A DNA stretch of 64,000 nucleotides from Octopus vulgaris (taxonomy: Eukaryota). The notes under the pieces were generated by a model that made no database searches, was not told where the DNA came from, and saw only the letters and a list, made by a program, of their open reading frames with translations. The stretch is taken from the NCBI GenBank assembly GCA_951406725.2, contig OX597835.1, forward strand, positions 37,138,001 to 37,202,000, in the 5' to 3' direction. The position numbers and the translations under genes are program-made. This document shows positions 52,871-64,000 of the stretch, piece after piece; positions within the stretch are counted from its first letter, which is position 1, and each line of letters starts with the position of its first letter.

Positions 52871-52905
52871 GTTTCTGATGAAGAGCTCCGCTCGAAACGT
52901 TAAAC
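52871..52905 (+). ncRNA. Minimal type I hammerhead ribozyme, canonical core
   Basis: GTTT-CTGATGA-A-GAGC-TCC-GCTC-GAAAC-GT-T-AAAC; palindromic AACGTT stem III; T-rich tail runs into TA repeat. Confidence 0.75.
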
Positions 52906-53437
52906 CCTCCTTCTTTCCTGAGCGTCCAATAATACTATACTTGTTCCACGTCCTCGCATTGTTGTGTTTTCTCTTTGTGTTTTCATGTTTGGATTAACTA
53001 TATATATATAAATATACACAGACACACATATACATATGTATGTAAATATATATGTATGTATGTATATATGTCTATTTATGCCTGTCTGTCTATCTGTCTG
53101 TCTGTCTATCTATCTATGTCTCTCTATCTCCATCTCTCAGTTCATCCATACATCCACGTTTTCGGATTGTATCGTCAATGTTATCATCTCATACTGTGTG
53201 TATCTGTCTTTCCAGTCAGTAACACCATCAAGAAGCTACATCCATCTATCCAAACTCTAACAACAACCACGACAACAACTCTCTAGCTATTCAACAATTA
53301 TCCATAGACTGTATCTACTCAACTATAAAACTTATATATAAATATATATGGAGGACGAGTTGAAAAGTGAATAATAGAATAGACCAGTCTAGTCCATTCC
53401 AATCTTAAATGAATATACATAATACATGCATGCATAC

Positions 53438-53512
<75 letters not shown>

Positions 53513-53552
53513 TATGTATATACATACATATATATATATACATATATATATA

Positions 53553-53586
<34 letters not shown>

Positions 53587-53630
53587 CATACATACATATA
53601 TACATACATATATACATACATATATATATA

Positions 53631-53672
<42 letters not shown>

Positions 53673-53956
53673 TATATATATGTACATATATATATACATA
53701 CATACATATATATTGATAAAACGGTAAGATAACAAAAGAAAGAAAGAGACCTCAATATTATGTAAAATAAATTTCCTCTACTTACATACATATATATATA
53801 TATATACATATACATACATATATATATATACATATATACATATACATACATACATTTATACATATACATACATACATATATACATATATATATATACACA
53901 TATATATATACACACACATATATATATACATATATATACATACATATATACATACA

Positions 53957-54086
<130 letters not shown>

Positions 54087-55019
54087 TATATATATACATA
54101 TATATATACATATATATATACATACATATATATATACATACAGATATATATATATATACATACATATATATATACACATACATATATATATACATACATA
54201 GATATATGTCTGGCAGCAGGAGAAAGAAATAAGTTTGTTATTTCTAAATTTCGAGATGTTGATTTCCGTTTCTCTCTTTTATCAAATTAACCGTTTCTTT
54301 CTCTTCTCCGCTACAAAAATGATGGATGCTAATCTTGGAAGTCTGCTCAAAGAACTGCAACAACGGCAGTAGCAGCAGCAACAACGACAACAACAACAAC
54401 GGCAGCTGCAGCAGCAACAGCCAAGAAGCAGCACTGATTTTCTCATGAGGAACCATTCAGTCTTGTTTGGTCCTCTCTGCGTGGTCTGGCATATGGAATG
54501 GTTGAGATTGTGAGGCGTAAATTCTCCTGACAGGTGCTTGTGTGGTTTGCACTGTGGTTTGTTACAACTGACAGCTGAACATGGTCAGATCCTTTACCGA
54601 TGTGATCTGAGGTGGACAATGCCGACATAATTAATAACTCTGAGCACACAATAAAACGAAAATGCAAACATGCCACCACCATGATGACAACAATGACGAC
54701 GACCACCACCACTACCATCGCCACTGGCTGTTATTGCCCACTGTTGGATAAGTGTGGTAGTGGTAGTGGTGGTGATTCTTGTAGAAAAATTGATGGTCAT
54801 AGTGGTGGTGATAGTGACAGTGATGGTTGTGGTAATGATGGTGGTGGTGGTGGTGATGGTGATAATGATGGCAGTGGTTATGAGGCTGGTTGTAGTAGTT
54901 GTGGTGGTTGTAGCGGTAGGGATAGTAATGGATCGTATTGGCTGTAATAGTAGAAGTGGTACTTGTGATGATTGTGGGGGTTGTAGTGGTTATGGAGATA
55001 TTTATGATGGTGACAGTTG

Positions 55020-55874
55020 TGGTTATGTTCTGAGTTCAAATTCCACTGAGGTCAACTTTGCCTTTTATCCTTTCAAGGTTGATAAAATAAATACCAGTCA
55101 TACTCTGGGGTCGATGGAATCAACTAGTCCCTTCCCACTAAATTTCAGGCCTTGTGCCTATTCTAAAAATGATTATTGCCTCCACCTTAGAAAAGGCAGA
55201 GGTATTGTTTTCAGTTGTATTTGTTTGTCTGTTTGTTTGTCCATGGACAAGATATCTCAAGAACTGCTGGATGGATTCAGATGAAACTTTCAGAGATGTT
55301 TGACCTCGTAACTAGCACGAACTGATTAGATTTTGGGATCAATCCCGTTCCAGACAAAGATTCCAGATTATTTTTCCTGTTTTTTTTTTTACTTAATTTT
55401 TGAGAGTATTCTCATTTGTGAGAGCAGTCGAGTTTATTTCAGATATTCTCATTTTAAAAATCATTTCCGGCTAATCGTTGAGAGGACGTTGGTGTTACCT
55501 TGGTGGAGGTTTGTGCTCTCTGAGTGCTCGTGTTATTACTAAGATGGTGAGCTGGCGGAATCATTAGCACACTGGACAAAGTGCTTAGCAGCTTTTAGTT
55601 TGTCTTTATGTTCCGAGTTCAAATTCTGCTGAGGTTGACATTATCTTTTGTCCCTTCGGGGTTTATAAAAAAAGTACCAATTGAGCACTGGAATCAATGT
55701 TATTGACTAACCCCCATTGATCCCAGTGCACAACTGGTACTTATTTCATTGACCCCGCAAGGATGAAAGGCAAAGTTGACCTTGGCAGAATTTGAACTCA
55801 GAATGTAAAGATGGATGAAATGCTGCTAAGCATTTTGTCCAGCATGCTAAAGATTCTGCCATCTTGCTGCCTTC

Positions 55875-55916
<42 letters not shown>

Positions 55917-56138
55917 GTCCTTTCTACTATAGGCACAAGGCCTGAAATTTGGGGGAAGGGGACCAGTCGATTACATCGACCTCAGTGTTCCACTGGTACT
56001 TAATTCATCGACTCTGAAAGGATGAAAGGCAAAGTCAACCTTGGCGGAATTTGAACTCAGAACGTAGTGACTGTTAAGCATTTCGTCCTGCATGCTAATG
56101 ATTCTGCCAAATAATAATATTGATAATAATAATAATAA

Positions 56139-56187
<49 letters not shown>

Positions 56188-56402
56188 TCTTTCTACTAGA
56201 AGCACAAGGCTTGAAATTTTAGGGGAGGCGATTAGTTGATTAAATCGACCCCAACATTTCATTGGTACTTAATTTACAAACCCCGAAAGGATGAAAGGCA
56301 AAGTTGACCCCAATGGAATTTGAACTTAGAATGTAAGGACATGAAATGTCGCTAAGCATTTTGCCTGGTGTGCTAATGATTCTGCCATCTCACTGCCTTC
56401 TT
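55020..56402. mobile_element. Cluster of about five SINE family C copies in both orientations with (AAT)n tails
   Basis: Conserved domain seen repeatedly. Confidence 0.8.
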
Positions 56403-56814
56403 AACAACAATAATAATGATGATGATGATGGTGATGATGATGATGATAAAAAATTCCTAAGAAATGTTTGATCATGTTTATAAAAACATACTTTTTTGGG
56501 GTTTCTTGTATTTATGTAAAAAATCCAATCAGAAAGTGGTACCATTTGATCAAATATAAGGAATCCATAAAAAATGCAAGAAGCTTTCCATTTAGACAAA
56601 TTGGTATTTTCTAAAAAAACACTTTATGCAAACAACAACCAACTATTTTCATTTGACATATCAATGGAGACACACACATGTACGTGTGGGCGTGCCTGCC
56701 TACCTACCTACCTACATACATATATATATATTTATACATACACACACACTACTAGGGCCTCCGTTGGTCATATATATATATATATTTATACATACACACA
56801 CACTACTAGGGCCT

Positions 56815-57225
56815 CCATTGGTCATGGCTGACCATGGATGATGCCATCCATCCGTTGAGTTGTCTAATCAGTTTTTGAAACGCCTCCTATGGCTGTGGAG
56901 ACCAATGCGAGAGTGGCAGACTTGTTTGCAGAGGTCATACCTATACGTTGAATCCGGTCTGTTGGCTGTCATTTTTTTTTTTGCAGGCTCAGTTTTCAGC
57001 TGCTGCCACCCTCAAATTCTCTTTGCCAGTCTGCAGTTGTTTGTGAAGAGTGCCTCTTGAGCTGGTTTGGTCGGCTGCGAAATCCTCCCAGGAATTGGTG
57101 TTGATGCCAAGTGCCTTCATATCCCTCCTACACACATCCCTGTACCTCAGCTTCGGGCAGCCAATGTTTCTCCACCCTGCAACAAGCTCTCCGAAGAGGA
57201 CATCCTTTGGAATCCAACCATATAT
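56815..57225 (-). mobile_element. RTE (BovB-like) LINE 3' fragment
   Basis: GWIPKDVLFGELVAG.RNIGCPKLRYRDVCRRDMKALGI..WEDFAAD; terminal CKQVCHSRIGLHSH motif. Confidence 0.85.
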
Positions 57226-57232
57226 ATCCAAA

Positions 57233-57312
<80 letters not shown>

Positions 57313-57499
57313 CCAAAGGAGATATATACACACATATACACATGATGGACATTTTTCAGTTTCCATCTACCAAACCCACTCACAAGGCCTTGATCGGGCC
57401 AAAGCTTTAGTAGAAGACGCTTGTCCAAGGTGCCACACATTGAGACTGGACCCAGAGCCACATGGCTGAGAAGCAAACTTCTTACCATGCAGCCAACCT

Positions 57500-58130
57500 C
57501 TCAGGATCACCAAAAAAGAACAAAGAATGATATTCAAATTCAAGCATTTTTCAGACAAGCATCACCATAACTTGGATTTTGTTCATTTAGTTATTGATGA
57601 AACAAGAGATATAGTAAGCCCAGCCTCTCAATTATTTATATTTGGAGATGAGATAACGACAAATTTTACAACATAATGAGATTTACTGATTTTTAAATCA
57701 ATGTACAAGACTATGGACTTATGCAGGGTGAATATCCTCAGTTGGTATCAAATCGGTAAAAATTGATTTTAGTTTAACTGAATGAAACACTTAGTAATGT
57801 ACTTATAGCCATTGTGTTATCAATGGCGGGATCTGTGAAAATGCTTGTTTTAGTCGAGAAAGAATTGGAAATGGTAAATTGGATTCTAATACTTTAATGC
57901 CTCATTCTTGAATGATATGATATATGGCATGTGTTGTTTCTGAGAATGAGAATGAATAATGAAGTGAAAGCTGGAACAAAATGTATTAAATTTGTAGGAT
58001 AAAGGAAACCAAAAAAGTAAAATAAAAATACTAGAAAAAAGGAAATGGAATTGAATGATAAAATTTCAGGGAAAATTTGAAGAATATGAATCTCAAAGCA
58101 AAATATGGGTATTTGTTGTACAGTTGTGAG
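57500..58130 (+). mobile_element. Decayed hAT transposase fragment
   Basis: LVIDETRDI-like and HSLN-like remnants; heavily frameshifted. Confidence 0.45.
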
Positions 58131-58755
58131 TTTACTGGCTGTAGAAAGGAGGCATGCTCTTCAATGAGTTTAAAAATGATGTGAAATTCACCAGCAGCAC
58201 CAGCCATTCAAGAATTTGGACCTGGAAATCTCCATTTCCAGCGACTTCGAGGGCCACCTCCCAGTGGTGTCGGGCATCAACAAAGAGCCCTCGACTACAA
58301 CAAGATGACCAAAGTTTTTTTCTTTTTTTTCCAAGGTCTGGGGTCTCCCACTCCTAAGCCCTAGACCATCACCTAATCACCCTTATCCGTCTTGTTGCTT
58401 AACAACAACAGCACCAGCACCAGCATCAGCACCACTGTCGTCGTTGTCATTGGTATCATCATCATCATCATCTGTTTAACATCCGCTTTCCATGCTGGCA
58501 TGAGTTGGACAATTTGACAGGAGCCAACAAGCCAATGAACTGTGTCAAGCACCAATATTTGCTTTGGCGTGGTTTCTACAGCTGGATTCTCTTCCTAACA
58601 TCAGCCGTTTTACAGAATGCACTGGGTGCTTTTTACAGAGACCCCCAAATGAGGCAGCACACATGCATGTGTGTGTGTATTGAAGGAGGTAGGGTCACGC
58701 CTGGTAATGAGAGATTAAAGTATGCAAGTGGGACAGAAACAGGTGTCTTGTTGTA

Positions 58756-59182
58756 AGGCGGTGAGTTGGCAGAAACGTTAGCACGCCAGACAAAATGTTT
58801 AGCAGTATTTCATCTGCTGTTATGTTCTGAGTTCAAATTTCACCGAGGTCAACTTTGCCTTTCATCCTTTCGGGATCGATAAATTAAGTACCAGTTACAC
58901 ACTGGGGTTGATGCAATCGACTTAATTCCTTTGTCTGTCCTTGTTTATCCCCTCTATGTTTAGCCCCTTGTGGGCAATAAAGAAATAAGAAATGTTAGCA
59001 CGCCGGGCAAAATGTTTAGCAGTATTTCATCTGCTGTTATGTTCTGAGTTCAAATTTTGCCGAGGTCAACTTTGCCTTTCATCCTTTCGGGGTCAATGGG
59101 GATCAATGTAATCGACTTAATCCCTTTGTCTGTCCTTGTTTGTCCCCTCTGTGTTTAGCCCTTTGTGGGCAATAAAGAAATA
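58756..59182 (+). mobile_element. SINE family C dimer
   Basis: 21-bp TSD AGAAACAGGTGTCTTGTTGTA at 58735-58755 and 59183-59203. Confidence 0.85.
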
Positions 59183-59216
59183 AGAAACAGGTGTCTTGTT
59201 GTAGGGGAGATACATG

Positions 59217-59697
59217 CAGCACTAGATTAACCATTAAGCAAAATAAGCACGTGCTCAGGGTATCAAGGGAAGTAGGGGGAGCCACAGAAATGGTAAATGG
59301 TCTACAGAACAAAAGAAATCACTTTAAACTTGCTAAAATAATATTCGTAATGCCTTATCTCTTCTAAGTATAGAAGCAGAAGTTTTACGTAAAATTAATT
59401 TTAACGATATCATTGAAGACTTCGCAATTAAATTAGAAAAACAAGTGAGAAAACTTTTCAAATAGAGATAAAGTGGAAGCATACAAAAATAAACATTATT
59501 TTCCATCTTACTGTTAGTTTTGTTTCATTTTGATAAAATAAAAAAATTTTTTTGTGATTTATCATCGTTTACATTTTAAATTATTTTTGTTTACATTTTA
59601 AATTATTTTTGTTTAGATTTTTAACCATTTACAGGTACTTGAGGGCGCCAAAACCTTTTAAGTGCTTCGGGCCTTAATGGGTCTTAATCTGGCCCTG
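59217..59697 (+). mobile_element. Non-autonomous hAT element
   Basis: 8-bp TSD GATACATG (59209-59216, 59698-59705); TIR CAG..AGATTA / TAATCTGGCCCTG; peptide ALSLLSIEAEVLRKINFNDIIEDFA (hAT dimerisation region). Confidence 0.85.
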
Positions 59698-59838
59698 GAT
59701 ACATGGCTACCTTAGCTGGGAAAGGAGAGATGTTCATGTGTATAGGCGCAGGAATGGCTGTGTGGTAAGAAGCTTACTTTCTAACCACATGGTTTTGGGT
59801 TCAGTCTCACTAGATGACGGAAACTGAAAGAAGTCTAT

Positions 59839-59876
<38 letters not shown>

Positions 59877-59946
59877 GTTTAGAGTGTGCTTCTTTTTTTG
59901 GATATATGATACATTAATGATATCTTTCTATCTATCTATCTATCTA

Positions 59947-59995
<49 letters not shown>

Positions 59996-60002
59996 ATGTA
60001 TA

Positions 60003-61247
60003 CAGGGTGTGTAAGATATTTGAGGATAGATTTATGTTTATAAAGAAAACATATATAATAACAAATAACTGTATTTATCAAAAAATGCTATGAGAATGAA
60101 AATAAACCTTCTTTTCTATAATGTTATTCAATAAAGCCACCTTCAGCTTCAACAACTGCTTCTATATGAGATCTAAATCATCTACATGCTCGAATCATGT
60201 GGTCCTGGTTTATTTTGGACATTACTCTGACTATGGCAGCTTTCATAGAATCTTTGGTGTTATGGGCGTGTTCATTAACCTCTCTCACAACAACTCTCCA
60301 TAATGGATTGAGATCTGGAGAATTAGGAGGCCAAATGTTTAGGATTATGTGATCATGAAAATTTTCAGCCATCCATTCCTGTGTTACTAGAGCCATGTGT
60401 GACAGTGCAGAGTCTTACGGAAACCATATGGCCTTCCATTACTTAAACTGTCTATCCAGGGCTTAACAATTATTTCCAGGACCTCAATGTATGCAGGAGA
60501 GTTAACTCTAAGGCCTTGTGAAAAGAAGTAAGAAGCATTATATGTTCTTCATAGCTGACAACCCCTAAAACCATGACAGTTGCAGGGAAATTTTGTATGC
60601 ATAACACTTAGAACTTCAGAAGGGTCTGCTCATAACCGTCTGTCATTTCTTCTATTAACTTTTTGACTTTGTTCACAGTTTTTCTCATTTGAGAAAAACC
60701 AAATCAAATCTTCTGCTGGATTTTTCAATGTGTTTAAGAACCTTTTAGATCTGATGTAGTGATTGTCTTTTGCTTTTTCTGACAAATTGACCTTTCCTCA
60801 TTATATAAGACTTATATCTGATGTCTTTGTGGACAACATTTCTGACTGTTCCTTCTGACACATGGAAATCTTTTGCAATTGACCTCATGGACTTTCTGGG
60901 ACTGTAATCAATGGTCTGTTGAACTTGTTGGATAAATTCAGGTGTTCTGAGGATTTCAGAGAATTTAGAATGCTTTTTATGCTTTGATACTGGTGATATA
61001 TTTCCACCTTCAGTCTCTAGATCCTTACAAACTTTGTAGACGAAAGATCTGTCAACTTTTAAAAATCGAAATATTTCTAAATCGTTATGTTCAGCCATTA
61101 TAACCACAGTAACAGCATGCCTCTTCATTTCTTGAGTAAGCTGAGGGTCTGCCATTATTATTTTCTGAAGCAAAGATTATACAGAGTGAGCAAAAAATGC
61201 AGCAATGACCTCAAAAAGGTATGTCCTCAAATACCTTACACACCCTG
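60003..61247 (-). mobile_element. Full-length but decayed Tc1/mariner (maT/DD37D-like) transposon
   Basis: 24-bp TIRs CAGGGTGTGTAAG(A/G)TATTTGAGGA; TA TSD; HTH ORF 60745-61173; WPPNSPDLNPL motif. Confidence 0.9.
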
Positions 61248-61257
61248 TATGTATATG

Positions 61258-61316
<59 letters not shown>

Positions 61317-62234
61317 CTTTATGGCCCACTATATTACTTGATAACCAGTGTGGGTGTGTTTACATCTCTATAACTTAGCAGTTCGCCCAAAAGCAACAGA
61401 CAGAGTAAGTGTCAGGCATAAAAACAAAATGCTGGGGTCGATTCATTTGACAAAAAATTCTTGAAGGTGGTGCCCCAGCATGGCCGTTGATTAATAACTA
61501 AAATAAGTAAAAACATAAAAAGATAAAAGATTGTTCAAGTCATATGTGGAATCTGGGGACCAAAACCTATTTTTATGTGATTTGAGATCTTTGTTTCATG
61601 TCACTGACCTCATAAATGGTCAAAGTCTAAAATTACCAATGCCAAATGAAACTCTTTTCTTCTTGGAATCTTTAAATCAATACTGAAATTGTTCTCTTTT
61701 CAACTGCAAAAACTATTCTTAGTCTTTCTCCATCTCAGTTTTTTTTCCTGTGTTCTGAGGACATTGGTCAGCAATTTGAAGCCACCGGTTTGTCTGGGAT
61801 ACAAAGACCATGAGCTTAGCTTCTTTCCCTAAACATAATTTAAAAAAAAAAATTAGTAAAATTATTTGAAGAATGAAAGAGAAGGTTGTCATTGGCAAGA
61901 ATTGAACTCTGCATGAAGCGGGCTACTTGGTAGAAGACATTTGGGTGTCCCTTACTAAAGCACCAGGCCAACCAAAGCCCTGTGAGTAGATCTGGCAATA
62001 TATGTGTGTGTGTGTGTGTGTATATATATATACACACACACATACTAAATGTGACTAGGGTGTTACAAATACCCTAGTGGCAATTATAGTTTTCCTTTTT
62101 GGTGAAACATAGATGCCAATATTAATTTTCTCACTCTTTCTCTCTCTCTGTATATATATATATATATATGTGTGTGTAACTCGTGCTAGCACAGAAAACT
62201 GACGTTAAACGATGATGGTGATGATACATATATA

Positions 62235-62545
62235 TTTTATTGTATTTGTGTATTTGTGTAACATTGTCTGTTTTTTTCCATCCTTGTTTTGTATACATTC
62301 ATTGCTTTCTTCCAAGGAATCTAAAGCTCTTAGCTTAGTTTTTCCTTGGGGATGGCCCAATTGGAGCAATCTCAAGAATAATCAGCCAAAATTACGAGGA
62401 TAATCTGGTGCTTGACTGAGGAAAGAAAACTTCGAATGACCCTTCCTTGTTTTCTTCATATCGTCTATCTGGATGTTTTGTTGTCCCTTTTTTATATCAC
62501 CTAGCTGTCTGGATGTTTTGCATTCTTGCTCCATTTTGTATTCTA
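62235..62545 (+). mobile_element. TA-associated PLE pLTR-like repeat
   Basis: Homologous to 19125-19325. Confidence 0.55.
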
Positions 62546-63054
62546 TATATATATATATATATATTTATATAAATACCTATAATAATAAACTTGAAATTCT
62601 GTCTGTTCATCCAGGACCCCAGTATCTCAGTCGACATTTGCTCCACATAGACATATTATACCTTTTCGGAATCAGTATGATCCCAGGATCGAAAATCTGC
62701 CCTTAAACATCCAGCATTGGGATCAGGCCTTAAACATCCAGCATTGGGATCAGGCCTGGATGAGGATTTGTTATATGCTAACAGTTGAAAATTCAAAGTT
62801 TTAAAGAACTCCAAAAATTTGTGAACTTACAAGATTTTCATTTAAACTGAATTTAAAGTAGTACCATATTGGTAGGGTACCAATAAATGCTTTATTATTG
62901 CTCTCTATTTAGTTTTGGGCTGCAGGAACTAGCTTAAAAGTCCACACAGAGTGTAACTTTTCAGTTAGTATATATACATAATTCTAAGTTAGAAAAATAT
63001 GCACTCATATATTTGTCAATAGAGTAGGTGTGTTAATCAAAGTGTACGGTACAA

Positions 63055-63316
63055 TATATCCATTACAACCAGTATTACCAATTGGTGTCGTACAGGGTAT
63101 TAAGCTAGATGTTAGATAACAGTATGGTTATGTAATACCGCATGCTCATCAGAGCTAGCATGTATTAAAAAAATACATGGTGTGCAGTTGCCACTTTTTT
63201 TTTCCATCTATGCCAGCTCTGATGAGCAAACAGTATTATGTAATTGTGCTGTTATCTAACATTTGGTTTAATATCCAGTATGAAACCAAATGATTATTTT
63301 GGTTGCATTGGATATA
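63055..63316. repeat. Old inverted repeat with a decayed hammerhead in each arm
   Basis: Arms ~63055-63161 and ~63210-63316, each with CTGATGAG..TATTA/TAATA..GA(A/C)ACCAA. Confidence 0.6.
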
Positions 63317-63353
63317 CAATAGAGTACACTCAGATTACATACATATATACATA

Positions 63354-63392
<39 letters not shown>

Positions 63393-63650
63393 TCAATTTA
63401 ATATATATCGTCAATTTAATTTGTATTTTTCTAATGTATAGTATTTAGTATAGAAATTTTTTGCATAATATTAATAATAAAGTCGTTTTAATGTGTATTT
63501 TTTTTTAACGTATAGTATTTAGTATAGAAATTTTTAGTAAAATGTTAATAATAATATATTTTAATTAAAATAATATCTTTCAGTATTAATTGAATTACTT
63601 CATGGAGGTTCTATCTCTTAATTCTATGTATATATATATATATAAATGTA

Positions 63651-63965
63651 TGTGGAGGCACAAAGGCCCAGTGGTTAGGGAAGCAGACTCGCAGTTGTAG
63701 GATCGCGGTTTCGATTCCCAGACCGGGCATTGTGAGTGTTTATTGAGCGAAAACACCTAAAGCTCCACGGGGTTCCGGCAGGGGGTGGTGGCGATCCCTG
63801 CTGTACTCTTTCACCACAAATTTCTCTCACTCTTTCTTCTGTTGGCCTGTCGCTTAGCCAGTGGGGTGGTGTCATTTGAAGGCTAAAAAAACAATGCAAA
63901 GCGCATTGTGACCAGCGATGTGTAGCAATATATGATAGCCTGGTTGGTCATGGTGATCATGGTGA
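63651..63965 (+). mobile_element. SINE family B
   Basis: tRNA-Arg-like head (GACTCGCA), B box GGTTTCGATTCC. Confidence 0.85.
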
Positions 63966-64000
63966 TATAAATATATACACACACAATCTTTGGAGGCTGG

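Overview
AT-rich, microsatellite-dense eukaryotic DNA. The SINE families and composition point to an octopus (coleoid cephalopod) intron or intergenic region; the organism is inferred, not proven. No intact host protein-coding gene could be supported, and nearly all listed ORFs are microsatellite or SINE artefacts. The window is a mosaic of tRNA-derived SINEs (at least 3 families), RTE-type 3'-UTR copies, decayed CR1-group and RTE LINEs, mariner, maT and hAT DNA transposons, piggyBac-type MITEs and Helitrons. It also holds many Penelope-like element (PLE) remnants carrying type I hammerhead ribozyme (HHR) motifs. The most notable observations are: (i) about 12 HHR motifs, including recurrent non-canonical cores (U3-A8 and A6U); (ii) PLE-like fold-back hairpins, some pivoting on the ribozyme stem II; (iii) a TE-free island with three RFX X-box-like palindromes inside mirror-composition trinucleotide tracts; (iv) a ~0.9-kb inverted duplication; (v) a SINE tail shared with a LINE 3' end; and (vi) a 91-bp templated insertion into a mariner copy. 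Family labels A-D are my own working names, and most element boundaries were set by eye.
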